DNA of 42,665 bases from Sedimentisphaerales bacterium (GTDB taxonomy: Bacteria; Planctomycetota; Phycisphaerae; Sedimentisphaerales; Anaerobacaceae), in the NCBI GenBank assembly GCA_032250555.1, contig JAVVFI010000001.1, positions 1-42,665 on the forward strand, written 5' to 3'. Under the pieces are notes generated by a model. That model was not told where the DNA came from and searched no databases. It saw only the letters and a program-made list of their open reading frames with translations. The translations under genes were made by a program, and so were the position numbers. Below, in pieces: positions 18,489-27,286 of this stretch; position 1 is the stretch's first letter; the number at the start of each line of letters is the position of its first letter.

Positions 18489-19376
18489 ATGAAAAAAGAT
18501 GTAAAACAAATATCGGATAGCAGGGACTCAAATAACCGTTCGCACTATTATAAAGGCGTAACTCTTGGAACTTTGGGCTTCTGCACCCGCTGGGCCGTTG
18601 ATGCTAATGGAATCGGGCCCGAGTGGATTGAAGTTGTTGAAATGGACCTGCATCTGCAAAGTCCTCATAGCAGATTACATGGAATGCGCATAGCGCATAT
18701 CAGCGATCTTCATTACAGCAGGACTGTCAGCGGTATGTATTTACATCGCTGCGTCGAGCGGATTAATATGCTTGATGTTGACGTAGTAGTGATGACGGGA
18801 GATTACATCACTTTTGATCTTCGAGGCAAGTATAGAGAGAAGGTCATTGCCCTGCTTGGCAATATCGAGAGCCGTTTGGGGGCATATGCCTGCCTTGGTA
18901 ATCATGATTATGGTGTTCACCTCTCCGGCCGCAGGCGGGGGAACTTGCTGCGCCGGCTGATACGTGGCATGGAAGCCAGCGGAATCACGGTTTTGCGTAA
19001 TGAATCAACTGTTTTGGACATCGATGGCCATCCCCTTTGGTTTGTGGGATTAGGTGATTTGAACGTAGGCGACTTCCAGCCCGAAAAGGCCTTTGCTGAG
19101 GTGCCCGCCGATCAGGTAACTATCGCATTGATGCATAATCCCCGCGGTGTTGAGCATCTGGGTGAATTCGAAGCCAATGCCGTCGTTAGCGGACACACAC
19201 ACGGAAGAAAATCCAGATTTTCAGTCTGCCTGCCCTGGACAAACGAGGAAAGGCGTTTTCATACCGGTATGTACGAGTTCGAAGGTAAGAAGCTGTATGT
19301 GAACCGTGGTCTTGGCCGGGTAGGCAGAACACGGATGAAAATAAGACCTGAAATTACTGTCTTTACTCTGCGTTGA
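18489..19376 (+). CDS. Calcineurin-like metallophosphoesterase
   Basis: IAHISDLH, TGDY, GNHD and GHTH motifs. Start set at the first ATG (18489); the ORF track starts at a TTG at 18471. Confidence 0.8.
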   Translation: MKKDVKQISDSRDSNNRSHYYKGVTLGTLGFCTRWAVDANGIGPEWIEVVEMDLHLQSPHSRLHGMRIAHISDLHYSRTVSGMYLHRCVERINMLDVDVVVMTGDYITFDLRGKYREKVIALLGNIESRLGAYACLGNHDYGVHLSGRRRGNLLRRLIRGMEASGITVLRNESTVLDIDGHPLWFVGLGDLNVGDFQPEKAFAEVPADQVTIALMHNPRGVEHLGEFEANAVVSGHTHGRKSRFSVCLPWTNEERRFHTGMYEFEGKKLYVNRGLGRVGRTRMKIRPEITVFTLR

Positions 19377-19431
19377 AAAGCTCAGAGTAAGCGGCGATTC
19401 GAAATATAATAAGATTAGTCAGTATCCTGAA

Positions 19432-21879
19432 TCACTTCAATTCAATAACCGCAACATCCTCTGCTGCAAGTGTAAAGGTGGCTTTGCCATTGCGGAAGTT
19501 TATTTTTTGACCGTGAACTAACTCCCGATCCGACACCGAGTTTATTCCTTCCATAGTGATATTTACACTGCGGCGCTGCGAGCTGTCATTGAAAACTGTC
19601 AGGTATCGGCTTCCGAACCTTTCGACATAGATGTGCTCATTGTTCGAACGAGCGTGGGTAATCGGTTCGAAGCCCGCTTCAGCCACGAGCCTGCAAAGCG
19701 GAACATACTTCTTGAAGAGGTCTCTGTCCCGTTCATAGAGTTCGGGGCGGGTAAAGTAATGGCCCTGTGAAGCATTATGGCTGAAAAAGCCTGGATACAT
19801 ACCGTAGGCAAGACAACGCTTCATATATTTTTCCACAAGCTCATGGGAAAATTCTTCAAAACGTGTATTCATAAGGAAGCAATAGGGTTTGCCTTTGCAC
19901 ATTACCCGGCGGTAAAGCAGATCGCTGTCAGACATTGGGCGCCATACTCGGCTGGGATTCCAGTCGGTCTCCGTGCCCAGGACATCACACAGGGGTGTTA
20001 GCCAGCATAATCGGATGGGTGTGGAGTTTGCCATCATTAACTTTCCTATGCTGTGTATATCGCTGGAGATTGCACGAATATACTCGAAAGCTATCAGGCC
20101 GCGAAAGATACCGACTTTCCGGCTCTTCAGCGAGAAGGTCAAGGGTGTCTGAGTCGCTGCGAAATGGTCACGGCGAAAGTTCAGCTCGTCGGTCACATAA
20201 CCTTCGCTTGAATCGATATATTCTCCATCCAGGTCAGCCCTGCGACTGGTTCCATAGAGCCTTTCTTTAAGCTTTTCGTTCCATTTGTTCTTGAATTCTG
20301 TAACGTCTCCTTTGAGACCTGGCATGGAATTAATGCTCCAAACCGCACCGTCACACCAGGGCCTGTTAAGCAGCCTTGCGGAAAATTGCCCGGTCTCATC
20401 GTGATAGCCGCTCGTAAAAAATGCTTTAGCACGAATGTCTGACTTTTCATCTGCAAGCTTTCGAGCATGGCCAAGAGCGGCTTCAAGCGTCCGGGGCATT
20501 TCTTTGGGCATGCGCATCCACCAGGTCATCGGCTCGGTGTAGCGAAAGGTAATTATATCGTGCTCATCGTCCCAGGCTGTTTCATTATTGCCTTCCTTGA
20601 ATTTGAAACCGAAATCCTGCCAACCTTTAACTTCGCTGATTTTAGCAAAAGGCATCCAGAGGCCCTGCTCAGGTGTGCGGCAGCGGAATTGGTCATCGAA
20701 TATTTCATAATATCGAGATAGGGCCCCGCGAAATCCCCATTGCTGATCGAAATTAAACTTACAGAATCTCAAATGGGCCGTTGGTTTTTCAGGTGCAAGG
20801 CCAATATCATAAGCAAGAAACAATTCACCTGTCCGGCTGTTGTAGCCCGCGCGGAAGAAAGCCGGCCTGGCCATGTCGATACCCAGAGCATAGCCCTTAT
20901 CTGCAGCAGACACAGCCGCAAACGGATACCGCGAGAGTTGGCCGTTGGCTCCGGCTGAGAATCCATTGGCATTTATATACTCGCGGGCCGGTTCGACCAT
21001 CATACTTTGACGCGGGTCCTGTAACCAGTAGCATTGCTGGCGCCGAACGGGAACAGCATAAATCAAAGTTACAGCGCGGTCTTTCCCGGTTTTATCGCTA
21101 ATGGTGACATCATAAAATGTAGCCTGGTCAGTATGTTTTGTTTCACAAGTAAGCTCAAGGCCGAGAGCACTTCGTTCAAGTCGAACGAAATCAGAACCGG
21201 CAGCTACGTCACGAACCTGAAAACCTTCTTGCACCTGCCCCGTTAGTGAAACAGGCACGCCATCGAACATACCGGCTCCTTTCGGGGGCCTTATAATACG
21301 AAGCTCGGGATTGCGAAAGTAAGCCTTGCCCTTATGACGCCTCATAAGCATATGAAATGAAACTGACCTCACCGGCTTTTCAGGAATTACGGTCACTTCA
21401 GCTTTCTCCCACTGGCCTGTGCCAACGTTAAAAGAATCGGTCTGACCCCACAACGAGCTTCCGTCGGAATAAACGAGGTCCAGATAAAGGGAATAATCAC
21501 TGTTCCTACCGCCGCCAACTGATTCCGCTTTGCTCCAAGTTGTAGCAACAATCGGTTCGGGTTTGGTTTGGTTCAGTACAACCGTTTGGGAGACACCCCG
21601 CTGGGCCTGCGCATCGTCGCCGTTATCGCAAATAAAAATATTGCCCTGTTTTTCGAAGCCCTTTTGCCACGGTCTCCATGCATTTGGTTTAAGGAGGTTG
21701 TTTCCTGCATCGCGCACATCGAGCACTTTCTTTACGACAGTGCCATCAGGTTGTGCATAAAGCAATTGGGATGGCACCAGGGCGAAATATATCAGGAGAA
21801 GGAGACCGAAGATTCGAATAATATCACTTTTATTTCTACAATATACTGGACACAGGGGGCTTACGCTTGATTCTCTCAT
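19432..21879 (-). CDS. Large secreted/anchored hypothetical protein (no family recognised)
   Basis: Longest ORF starts at a TTG at 21912. The ATG at 21879 has GAGGA 10 nt upstream. Hydrophobic signal/anchor (IFGLLLLIYFALVPSQLLYA-QP). No catalytic motif recognised. Confidence 0.6.
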   Translation of the reverse strand: MRESSVSPLCPVYCRNKSDIIRIFGLLLLIYFALVPSQLLYAQPDGTVVKKVLDVRDAGNNLLKPNAWRPWQKGFEKQGNIFICDNGDDAQAQRGVSQTVVLNQTKPEPIVATTWSKAESVGGGRNSDYSLYLDLVYSDGSSLWGQTDSFNVGTGQWEKAEVTVIPEKPVRSVSFHMLMRRHKGKAYFRNPELRIIRPPKGAGMFDGVPVSLTGQVQEGFQVRDVAAGSDFVRLERSALGLELTCETKHTDQATFYDVTISDKTGKDRAVTLIYAVPVRRQQCYWLQDPRQSMMVEPAREYINANGFSAGANGQLSRYPFAAVSAADKGYALGIDMARPAFFRAGYNSRTGELFLAYDIGLAPEKPTAHLRFCKFNFDQQWGFRGALSRYYEIFDDQFRCRTPEQGLWMPFAKISEVKGWQDFGFKFKEGNNETAWDDEHDIITFRYTEPMTWWMRMPKEMPRTLEAALGHARKLADEKSDIRAKAFFTSGYHDETGQFSARLLNRPWCDGAVWSINSMPGLKGDVTEFKNKWNEKLKERLYGTSRRADLDGEYIDSSEGYVTDELNFRRDHFAATQTPLTFSLKSRKVGIFRGLIAFEYIRAISSDIHSIGKLMMANSTPIRLCWLTPLCDVLGTETDWNPSRVWRPMSDSDLLYRRVMCKGKPYCFLMNTRFEEFSHELVEKYMKRCLAYGMYPGFFSHNASQGHYFTRPELYERDRDLFKKYVPLCRLVAEAGFEPITHARSNNEHIYVERFGSRYLTVFNDSSQRRSVNITMEGINSVSDRELVHGQKINFRNGKATFTLAAEDVAVIELK

Positions 21880-21934
21880 CACTTCAATATCCTCAAAATG
21901 GCCTCCGAGCAAGAGTTCGGCGCTTTGAATATTA

Positions 21935-24900
21935 TTACGATATTAATTGCTGCTTATGGATTTTAACTTCTTTGATCCAGCAATACAGGACCGGCACGAC
22001 TAACATCGTAAGAATTTCAATCGTCATTCCGCCGAAGGAAGGTATTGCCATCGGTACCATTATGTCCGATCCACGCCCCGTGGAAGTCAGCACCGGAATA
22101 AGCGCCAGTATCGTCGTTGCAGTCGTCATCAGGCAGGGGCGAATTCTGCGTTTTCCCGCCTCTATCACCATCTGACGGGTCTGGTCAATACTCGCAGGAG
22201 TTTTGTTCTGGAACGATTGCTTAAGATATGTGCACATCACGACACCATCATCCGATGCTATCCCGAACAATGCCAGAAATCCCACCCATATTGCCACGCT
22301 CAGATTGATTGGATGCACCTGGAAAAGCTCCCGCATATTCACACCGAATACTTCGAAATCCAGGAACCATCCCTGACTATATAGCCATATCATCAAAAAG
22401 CCGCCCGACCAGGCAACAATTATACCTGAAAATACGAGCAGGCTGGTTGCAGTGGATTTAAACTGTAAATACAGAATTATAAATATGATAAACAGGGCCA
22501 AGGGTATAACTACCGAAAGCGTTTTGGCGGCACGAAGCTGGTTTTCATAGCTGCCGGCGAATGTATAACTTACTCCTTCCGGTATAACGAATTCACCGCT
22601 ATCGATCTTGGCCTTTAGATATTTCTGACAATCTTCAACGACATCTACCTCGGCATGGCCGGCCTTCATATCGAAGAGCACGTAGCCGACAAGAAATGTG
22701 TCTTCGCTCTTTATGGCCTGAGGCCCGCGCACGTAGCGAATTTCTGATAATTGGATAAGCGGAATCTGTGCCCCATCGGCCGATGGAACCAAAATCTTCC
22801 CTAACGATTCAATCTGGTCCCGTAATTCACGCGCATATCTTACCCTTACGCTATATCGCTCTCGTCCCTCAACCGTTGTCGTTATTCGCCTGCCGCCTAT
22901 CGCAACCTCAATAACGTCCTGTACCTGCCGAATCTTTATGCCGTATCTGGCAATGGCATCACGGTCTATATCAAATTCAATGTAGGGCTTGCCGACGATT
23001 CTGTCGGCTACTACCGCGGCTGGCTCAACAGAAGGGACTTCTTTAAGAAAGCGTTCAATCTCCAGGCCAACTCGATCGATAGTATCCAGGTCCGGCCCTT
23101 TTACTTTAACACCCATCGGCGCCCGCATGCCGCTCTGGAGCATAACTATTCGTGTAGCAATCGGCTGCAATTTTGGCGCGGAGGTCGAACCTGGAATCTG
23201 ACCTGCTTTTACAATCTCATCCCAGATGTCATCCGGGCTCTTAATTTTTGGCCGCCACTGTCTTTTTGGTCTGCCGTAACGGTCGGGTATCAGCTCGCCT
23301 TTCTCATCGCGAGGATATGTCCCCGTTTTTTTGTCATACTTAAAGCGAATACGATGCCCGTCTTTGTCTGTAATATATTCAGGCTTATAGTTGATAATCG
23401 TCTCGACCATAGAAATCGGCGCAGGATCAAGTGGAGATTCAACTCGGCCGATTTTTCCTACTACCGAATCTATCTCAGGGATGGCTTGAAAAGCTGTATC
23501 CTGTTTTTGCAAAACATCCAGGCACTCTCCGATAGAAGCATGAGGCATAGTCGTCGGCATATACAAAAAAGAACCTTCATCCAAAGGAGGCATGAATTCC
23601 TTACCGAGTCCCGGGAAGCTATGCATTCCAGCATACCAGAACCTGTTTGTCTTCAATCCATCCGGCACAAAGAAAAAGACCCTCCCGAACCCAAGCCATA
23701 CCATCATGCCAATGACTACAAGTGTACTGGGAATTGATAAAAAAGCTATTTTATGCCCGAGGCACCAACCTAAAATGTGAGGATAGAATTTCTGGAATAT
23801 TCGGAAAAACAAAAGCAGCCCACCGATGAGCAATGCCACAAACACCAGATTTCGCAGCATACCTTTATCCGAACCTAAGGGCAGCCAGTGGTTGGCGAGT
23901 ATAATCCCGACCAGAACAACGGCCAGGGCGTTGGCAATAATGGGCAGCAGACTGTTCATTCTCTTTGGGATGTAGTCTCTTGAGAGATGGTAAATTGCAA
24001 TTACGCCGATAAGAACGCCTATCCACCAGGTAAGCCAGAAAGCCGCGACAACAGCAGCGACGGCTAATAATCCGCCCAATAAGTACAGCCTCAACTTTTT
24101 AAGAGCGGTTTTTTTTGTAAAGAGGATATGTGCGGCCGGCGGAATTATAGTTAAAGCCACTATCACCGAAGCGACCAGCGCAAAAGTCTTTGTGAACGCC
24201 AGAGGCTTAAAAAGCTTTCCTTCTGCTCCGGTCATTGTGAAGACCGGCAAAAAACTGACAACCGTAGTCGAAACCGCCGTCAAAACCGCCCCGCCTACCT
24301 CGCTTGCTGCTTTGTAAATTACCTCCAGTTTATTATCATCCGGCCTCGCTTCGTTAAGATGTTTTAGAATATTCTCACAGACTATTATCCCCATATCGAC
24401 CATCGTTCCGATGGCAATCGCAATGCCCGACAGCGCTACAACATTAGCATCTATCCCGCCAACCTTCATAGCAATAAAGCACATCAGCACGGCCAACGGA
24501 AGCAGGCCGCTGATCAATACCGAGCTTCTCAGATGCACTACCAAAACGATAACAACGATGATAGTAACCAATATTTCCTCGGTCAGGGCAGTGTTTAATG
24601 TGCCTAAAGTTTCATAAATAAGCCCTGTACGGTCATAAAACGGAACAATCGTAACCTGTGAAACCGTGCCATCTGGCAAAGTCTTTCTTGGCAGTCCGGG
24701 TGATATCTCTTCGATTTTGGCTGTTACATTTTTAATAGCTTCAAGAGGATTATATCCATAGCGAACAACAACAACTCCCCCAACCGCCTCGGCTCCACCT
24801 TTGTCTAGTGCCCCTCTGCGCAATGCCGGCCCGAATGAAACCTTCGCGACGTCTTTAATATAAACTGGAACATTATCGTTAACCTTTATTACCGATCTTT

Positions 24901-25714
24901 CTATATCGGAAAGGTCTTCGATAAAGCCCAGACTGCGAATTACATACTCGGCCCTGTTAATCTCAATCGTCCTGGCGCCGACATCAATATTGGACATCTT
25001 TACCGCCATAAATATCTCATCGAGGCCGACATCGTATGCCCGCATCGCATCAGGGTCCACGTCTATTTGATATTCTTTAACAAATCCGCCCACAGAGGCC
25101 GCTTCGCTTACACCCTTGGCAGAGAGCAGGGCATAGCGGACTTGCCAGTCCTGGATACTCCGAAGCTCATCCAGATCCCAGCCTCCGGCCGGATTGCCCT
25201 TTTCGTCCCGGCCCTCAAGGGTGTACCAGAATATCTGTCCCAGACCCGTCGCATCAGGCCCTAATGCAGCCTGAACTCCTTCAGGTAGCGTTCCGGCTGG
25301 CAACGAATTCAGCTTTTCAAGAACCCGGCTTCGAGACCAGTAAAAATCGACATCATCCTCGAAAATAATGTATATTGAGGAGAATCCGAAAAACGAGTAA
25401 CTGCGGATAGTTTTGACACCTGGAATGCCTAAAAGTGATACCGTCAAAGGATATGTTATCTGGTCCTCAACGTCCTGCGGCGAACGCCCCATCCATTCGG
25501 TAAAAACTATCTGCTGGTTTTCGCCGATGTCCGGAATGGCATCCACTGGAACAGGGCTTCTCGGCAGGCCCCAGAGGTCCCAGTCGAATGGGGCCACCAT
25601 AACACCCCACCCGATGAACATTATCACTAAAAGGCCGACGATCAACTTATTTTCAAGACAAAACCGTATGACTTTGTCTACCAGTGATTGCTTATGAGAA
25701 GGTAGTTCTTCCAT
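21935..25714 (-). CDS. cusA: Heavy-metal efflux RND permease, CusA/CzcA family (oversized, 1259 aa)
   Basis: HME-RND hallmarks: AIGTMVDMGII in TM4 and EFMPPLDEGSFLYMPTTMP (compare E. coli CusA EFLPQINEGDLLYMPSTLP). Operon context with the MFP and OMF genes. Confidence 0.9.
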   Translation of the reverse strand: MEELPSHKQSLVDKVIRFCLENKLIVGLLVIMFIGWGVMVAPFDWDLWGLPRSPVPVDAIPDIGENQQIVFTEWMGRSPQDVEDQITYPLTVSLLGIPGVKTIRSYSFFGFSSIYIIFEDDVDFYWSRSRVLEKLNSLPAGTLPEGVQAALGPDATGLGQIFWYTLEGRDEKGNPAGGWDLDELRSIQDWQVRYALLSAKGVSEAASVGGFVKEYQIDVDPDAMRAYDVGLDEIFMAVKMSNIDVGARTIEINRAEYVIRSLGFIEDLSDIERSVIKVNDNVPVYIKDVAKVSFGPALRRGALDKGGAEAVGGVVVVRYGYNPLEAIKNVTAKIEEISPGLPRKTLPDGTVSQVTIVPFYDRTGLIYETLGTLNTALTEEILVTIIVVIVLVVHLRSSVLISGLLPLAVLMCFIAMKVGGIDANVVALSGIAIAIGTMVDMGIIVCENILKHLNEARPDDNKLEVIYKAASEVGGAVLTAVSTTVVSFLPVFTMTGAEGKLFKPLAFTKTFALVASVIVALTIIPPAAHILFTKKTALKKLRLYLLGGLLAVAAVVAAFWLTWWIGVLIGVIAIYHLSRDYIPKRMNSLLPIIANALAVVLVGIILANHWLPLGSDKGMLRNLVFVALLIGGLLLFFRIFQKFYPHILGWCLGHKIAFLSIPSTLVVIGMMVWLGFGRVFFFVPDGLKTNRFWYAGMHSFPGLGKEFMPPLDEGSFLYMPTTMPHASIGECLDVLQKQDTAFQAIPEIDSVVGKIGRVESPLDPAPISMVETIINYKPEYITDKDGHRIRFKYDKKTGTYPRDEKGELIPDRYGRPKRQWRPKIKSPDDIWDEIVKAGQIPGSTSAPKLQPIATRIVMLQSGMRAPMGVKVKGPDLDTIDRVGLEIERFLKEVPSVEPAAVVADRIVGKPYIEFDIDRDAIARYGIKIRQVQDVIEVAIGGRRITTTVEGRERYSVRVRYARELRDQIESLGKILVPSADGAQIPLIQLSEIRYVRGPQAIKSEDTFLVGYVLFDMKAGHAEVDVVEDCQKYLKAKIDSGEFVIPEGVSYTFAGSYENQLRAAKTLSVVIPLALFIIFIILYLQFKSTATSLLVFSGIIVAWSGGFLMIWLYSQGWFLDFEVFGVNMRELFQVHPINLSVAIWVGFLALFGIASDDGVVMCTYLKQSFQNKTPASIDQTRQMVIEAGKRRIRPCLMTTATTILALIPVLTSTGRGSDIMVPMAIPSFGGMTIEILTMLVVPVLYCWIKEVKIHKQQLIS

Positions 25715-25841
25715 AACTTTATCCGCTAAATCTGAACTTAATTATCTTTACACTATTCCCGCAGTCCCCCTGCGGCCAGATGGCAAAACAACCGCATACT
25801 ATCAGAGGCAGTATTCAGGCTCGGCACCATATGTCTTAAAG

Positions 25842-26216
25842 CTACTGAGTCTGCTGTTGGAACTGGGGAAGTTTGGCAATATACTTTTCCGGTTCCGCAT
25901 TGAATTTTTCTTCGCAGCCGGGGCAGCAGAAATACACCTTCTTGCCCTTGTACTCAACAAACAGAGCCTTATTGATAGGATTACCTTCCATAACCGGACA
26001 GGTTGTCTGCTCTATTGCAGCGGCAACCGCCTTAGCCGACTCTTCCATCATAGCCGCATGGTCGTGTCCTTCATGACCCTGCATCTGTGAAGTGGTTGTT
26101 TCAGCGGGTGTCGGCTCATCTTTCTTACAGCCATTTATCATAAAAAGCCCGACGAGCAACAGACTTACCACCATAAACATTACTTTGAATTGTTTCATTT
26201 TACCGTTCATTTTCAT
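25842..26216 (-). CDS. Lipoprotein with His/Met-rich linker and C-terminal YHS/TRASH-like metal-binding domain (paralogue 1)
   Basis: 124 aa. Lipobox-like MING-C. MQGHEGHDHAAMM stretch. TTCPVMEGNPINKALFVEYKGKKVYFCCPGCEEKF...KLPQF. Confidence 0.7.
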   Translation of the reverse strand: MKMNGKMKQFKVMFMVVSLLLVGLFMINGCKKDEPTPAETTTSQMQGHEGHDHAAMMEESAKAVAAAIEQTTCPVMEGNPINKALFVEYKGKKVYFCCPGCEEKFNAEPEKYIAKLPQFQQQTQ

Positions 26217-26241
26217 TTCCTTTCAAAACTTATTGTGATTA

Positions 26242-26850
26242 TCAATTCTTAAATTGAGGCAGCTTGCTCAGATATTTTTCAGGATTTTTAAGAAAAGGAG
26301 TTTCACACCCTGAACAACAGAAATATACTTTCTTGCCATTGTAGGTGGTGAAAATGCTCTTATTGATTTTCCCTCCCATGACAGGACAGACGGTTTGCTG
26401 AGCGGTTTGCATTTGCTTATTCGCGGTAGCCCCTGCCGTCATTGTACCGCATGTCTCCTTACACACCGACGCCATGCTGATTGGTGCAACTGAAACATTC
26501 CAAAGTTTCTTCCGCTGGACGGGGTTTAGAACAGCCAAAGCCTGTGCTCGAGCCTGTCTTTCGATTTCCAAAAGTTTTCGATTTTGCTCGGCTGTTAAAC
26601 TCAACACCTTAGTACGGGCCAGGATGGCCGAAGGGCTGTCCAAAAATATTTTCGTTTGCATTAATGTTTTGTACTGCTCCGCCATCAGCTTCGATGTCAG
26701 CGTATTAGAAGCCTTTGTTGTTTGAGTCTTAGCTGCACAATTTGGGCAGCAACTCTCTGCAAAAGCCGGGGCGGCCGCGACAAACATCGCCAACAAAAAT
26801 ATCACAGCCTTGAAGTTTTTTCTTTCAATCATTTTCCACCTTCCTTTCAA
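26242..26850 (-). CDS. Periplasmic LTxxQ (CpxP/Spy/ZraP-like) + YHS/TRASH-like fusion protein (paralogue 2)
   Basis: 202 aa. Sec signal (AAAPAFA-ESCCPNC). LSLTAEQNRKLLEIERQARAQ is an LTxxQ-type motif. C-terminal TVCPVMGGKINKSIFTTYNGKKVYFCCSGCETPF...KLPQF. Confidence 0.65.
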   Translation of the reverse strand: MKGRWKMIERKNFKAVIFLLAMFVAAAPAFAESCCPNCAAKTQTTKASNTLTSKLMAEQYKTLMQTKIFLDSPSAILARTKVLSLTAEQNRKLLEIERQARAQALAVLNPVQRKKLWNVSVAPISMASVCKETCGTMTAGATANKQMQTAQQTVCPVMGGKINKSIFTTYNGKKVYFCCSGCETPFLKNPEKYLSKLPQFKN

Positions 26851-26889
26851 AAAAACGTACCTTAAAATTTGGTTAATTTGCCAAACATT

Positions 26890-27249
26890 TTAATTATGAA
26901 ACTGCGGCAGCTTCGCAATATAACTTGACGGACTGGCTTTAAATTTATCTATGCAGCCCGGGCAACAAAAATAAACTTTTTTATCTTCGTATTCGGTATA
27001 AATGCTTTTCTCTATAGGCATACCCATTACCGGGCAGGTTGTTTGTTCTGCGGTCTGAACCAGTTTCGTTTTTGGCTCGCTCACTATCATAGCCTTATGT
27101 CTTTGCTCGTCCATTTCCTGCCTTGCTTCAATAAATGCCTGAGAATCCGTTTCTGAAGATTTGCATCCCATAATCGCTGTAATTCCAACAAGGAAAACAC
27201 TTACAGCCAACCATACTCTTATTGATTGTTTGCTTCTTTTCTTCATCAT
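26890..27249 (-). CDS. Lipoprotein with C-terminal YHS/TRASH-like metal-binding domain (paralogue 3)
   Basis: 119 aa. Lipobox-like AIMG-C. TTCPVMGMPIEKSIYTEYEDKKVYFCCPGCIDKF...KLPQF. Confidence 0.7.
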   Translation of the reverse strand: MMKKRSKQSIRVWLAVSVFLVGITAIMGCKSSETDSQAFIEARQEMDEQRHKAMIVSEPKTKLVQTAEQTTCPVMGMPIEKSIYTEYEDKKVYFCCPGCIDKFKASPSSYIAKLPQFHN

Positions 27250-27286
27250 TCATCCCCTAAAAAATAAACTCTAAAAAGTTTCAGTT

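Noticed and set aside
19363-19390. 8-bp inverted repeat TTACTCTG / CAGAGTAA overlapping the metallophosphoesterase stop codon
   Set aside because: It has a 12-nt loop and no T-run on either strand. This is too weak to call a terminator for the convergent gene pair.
25759-25775. Hairpin CCGCAG-TCCCC-CTGCGG between YHS paralogue 1 and cusA
   Set aside because: The stem is short (6 bp) with no U-tract on the minus strand, so it is not a convincing terminator. It could be an mRNA processing or stability element, but there is no supporting evidence.
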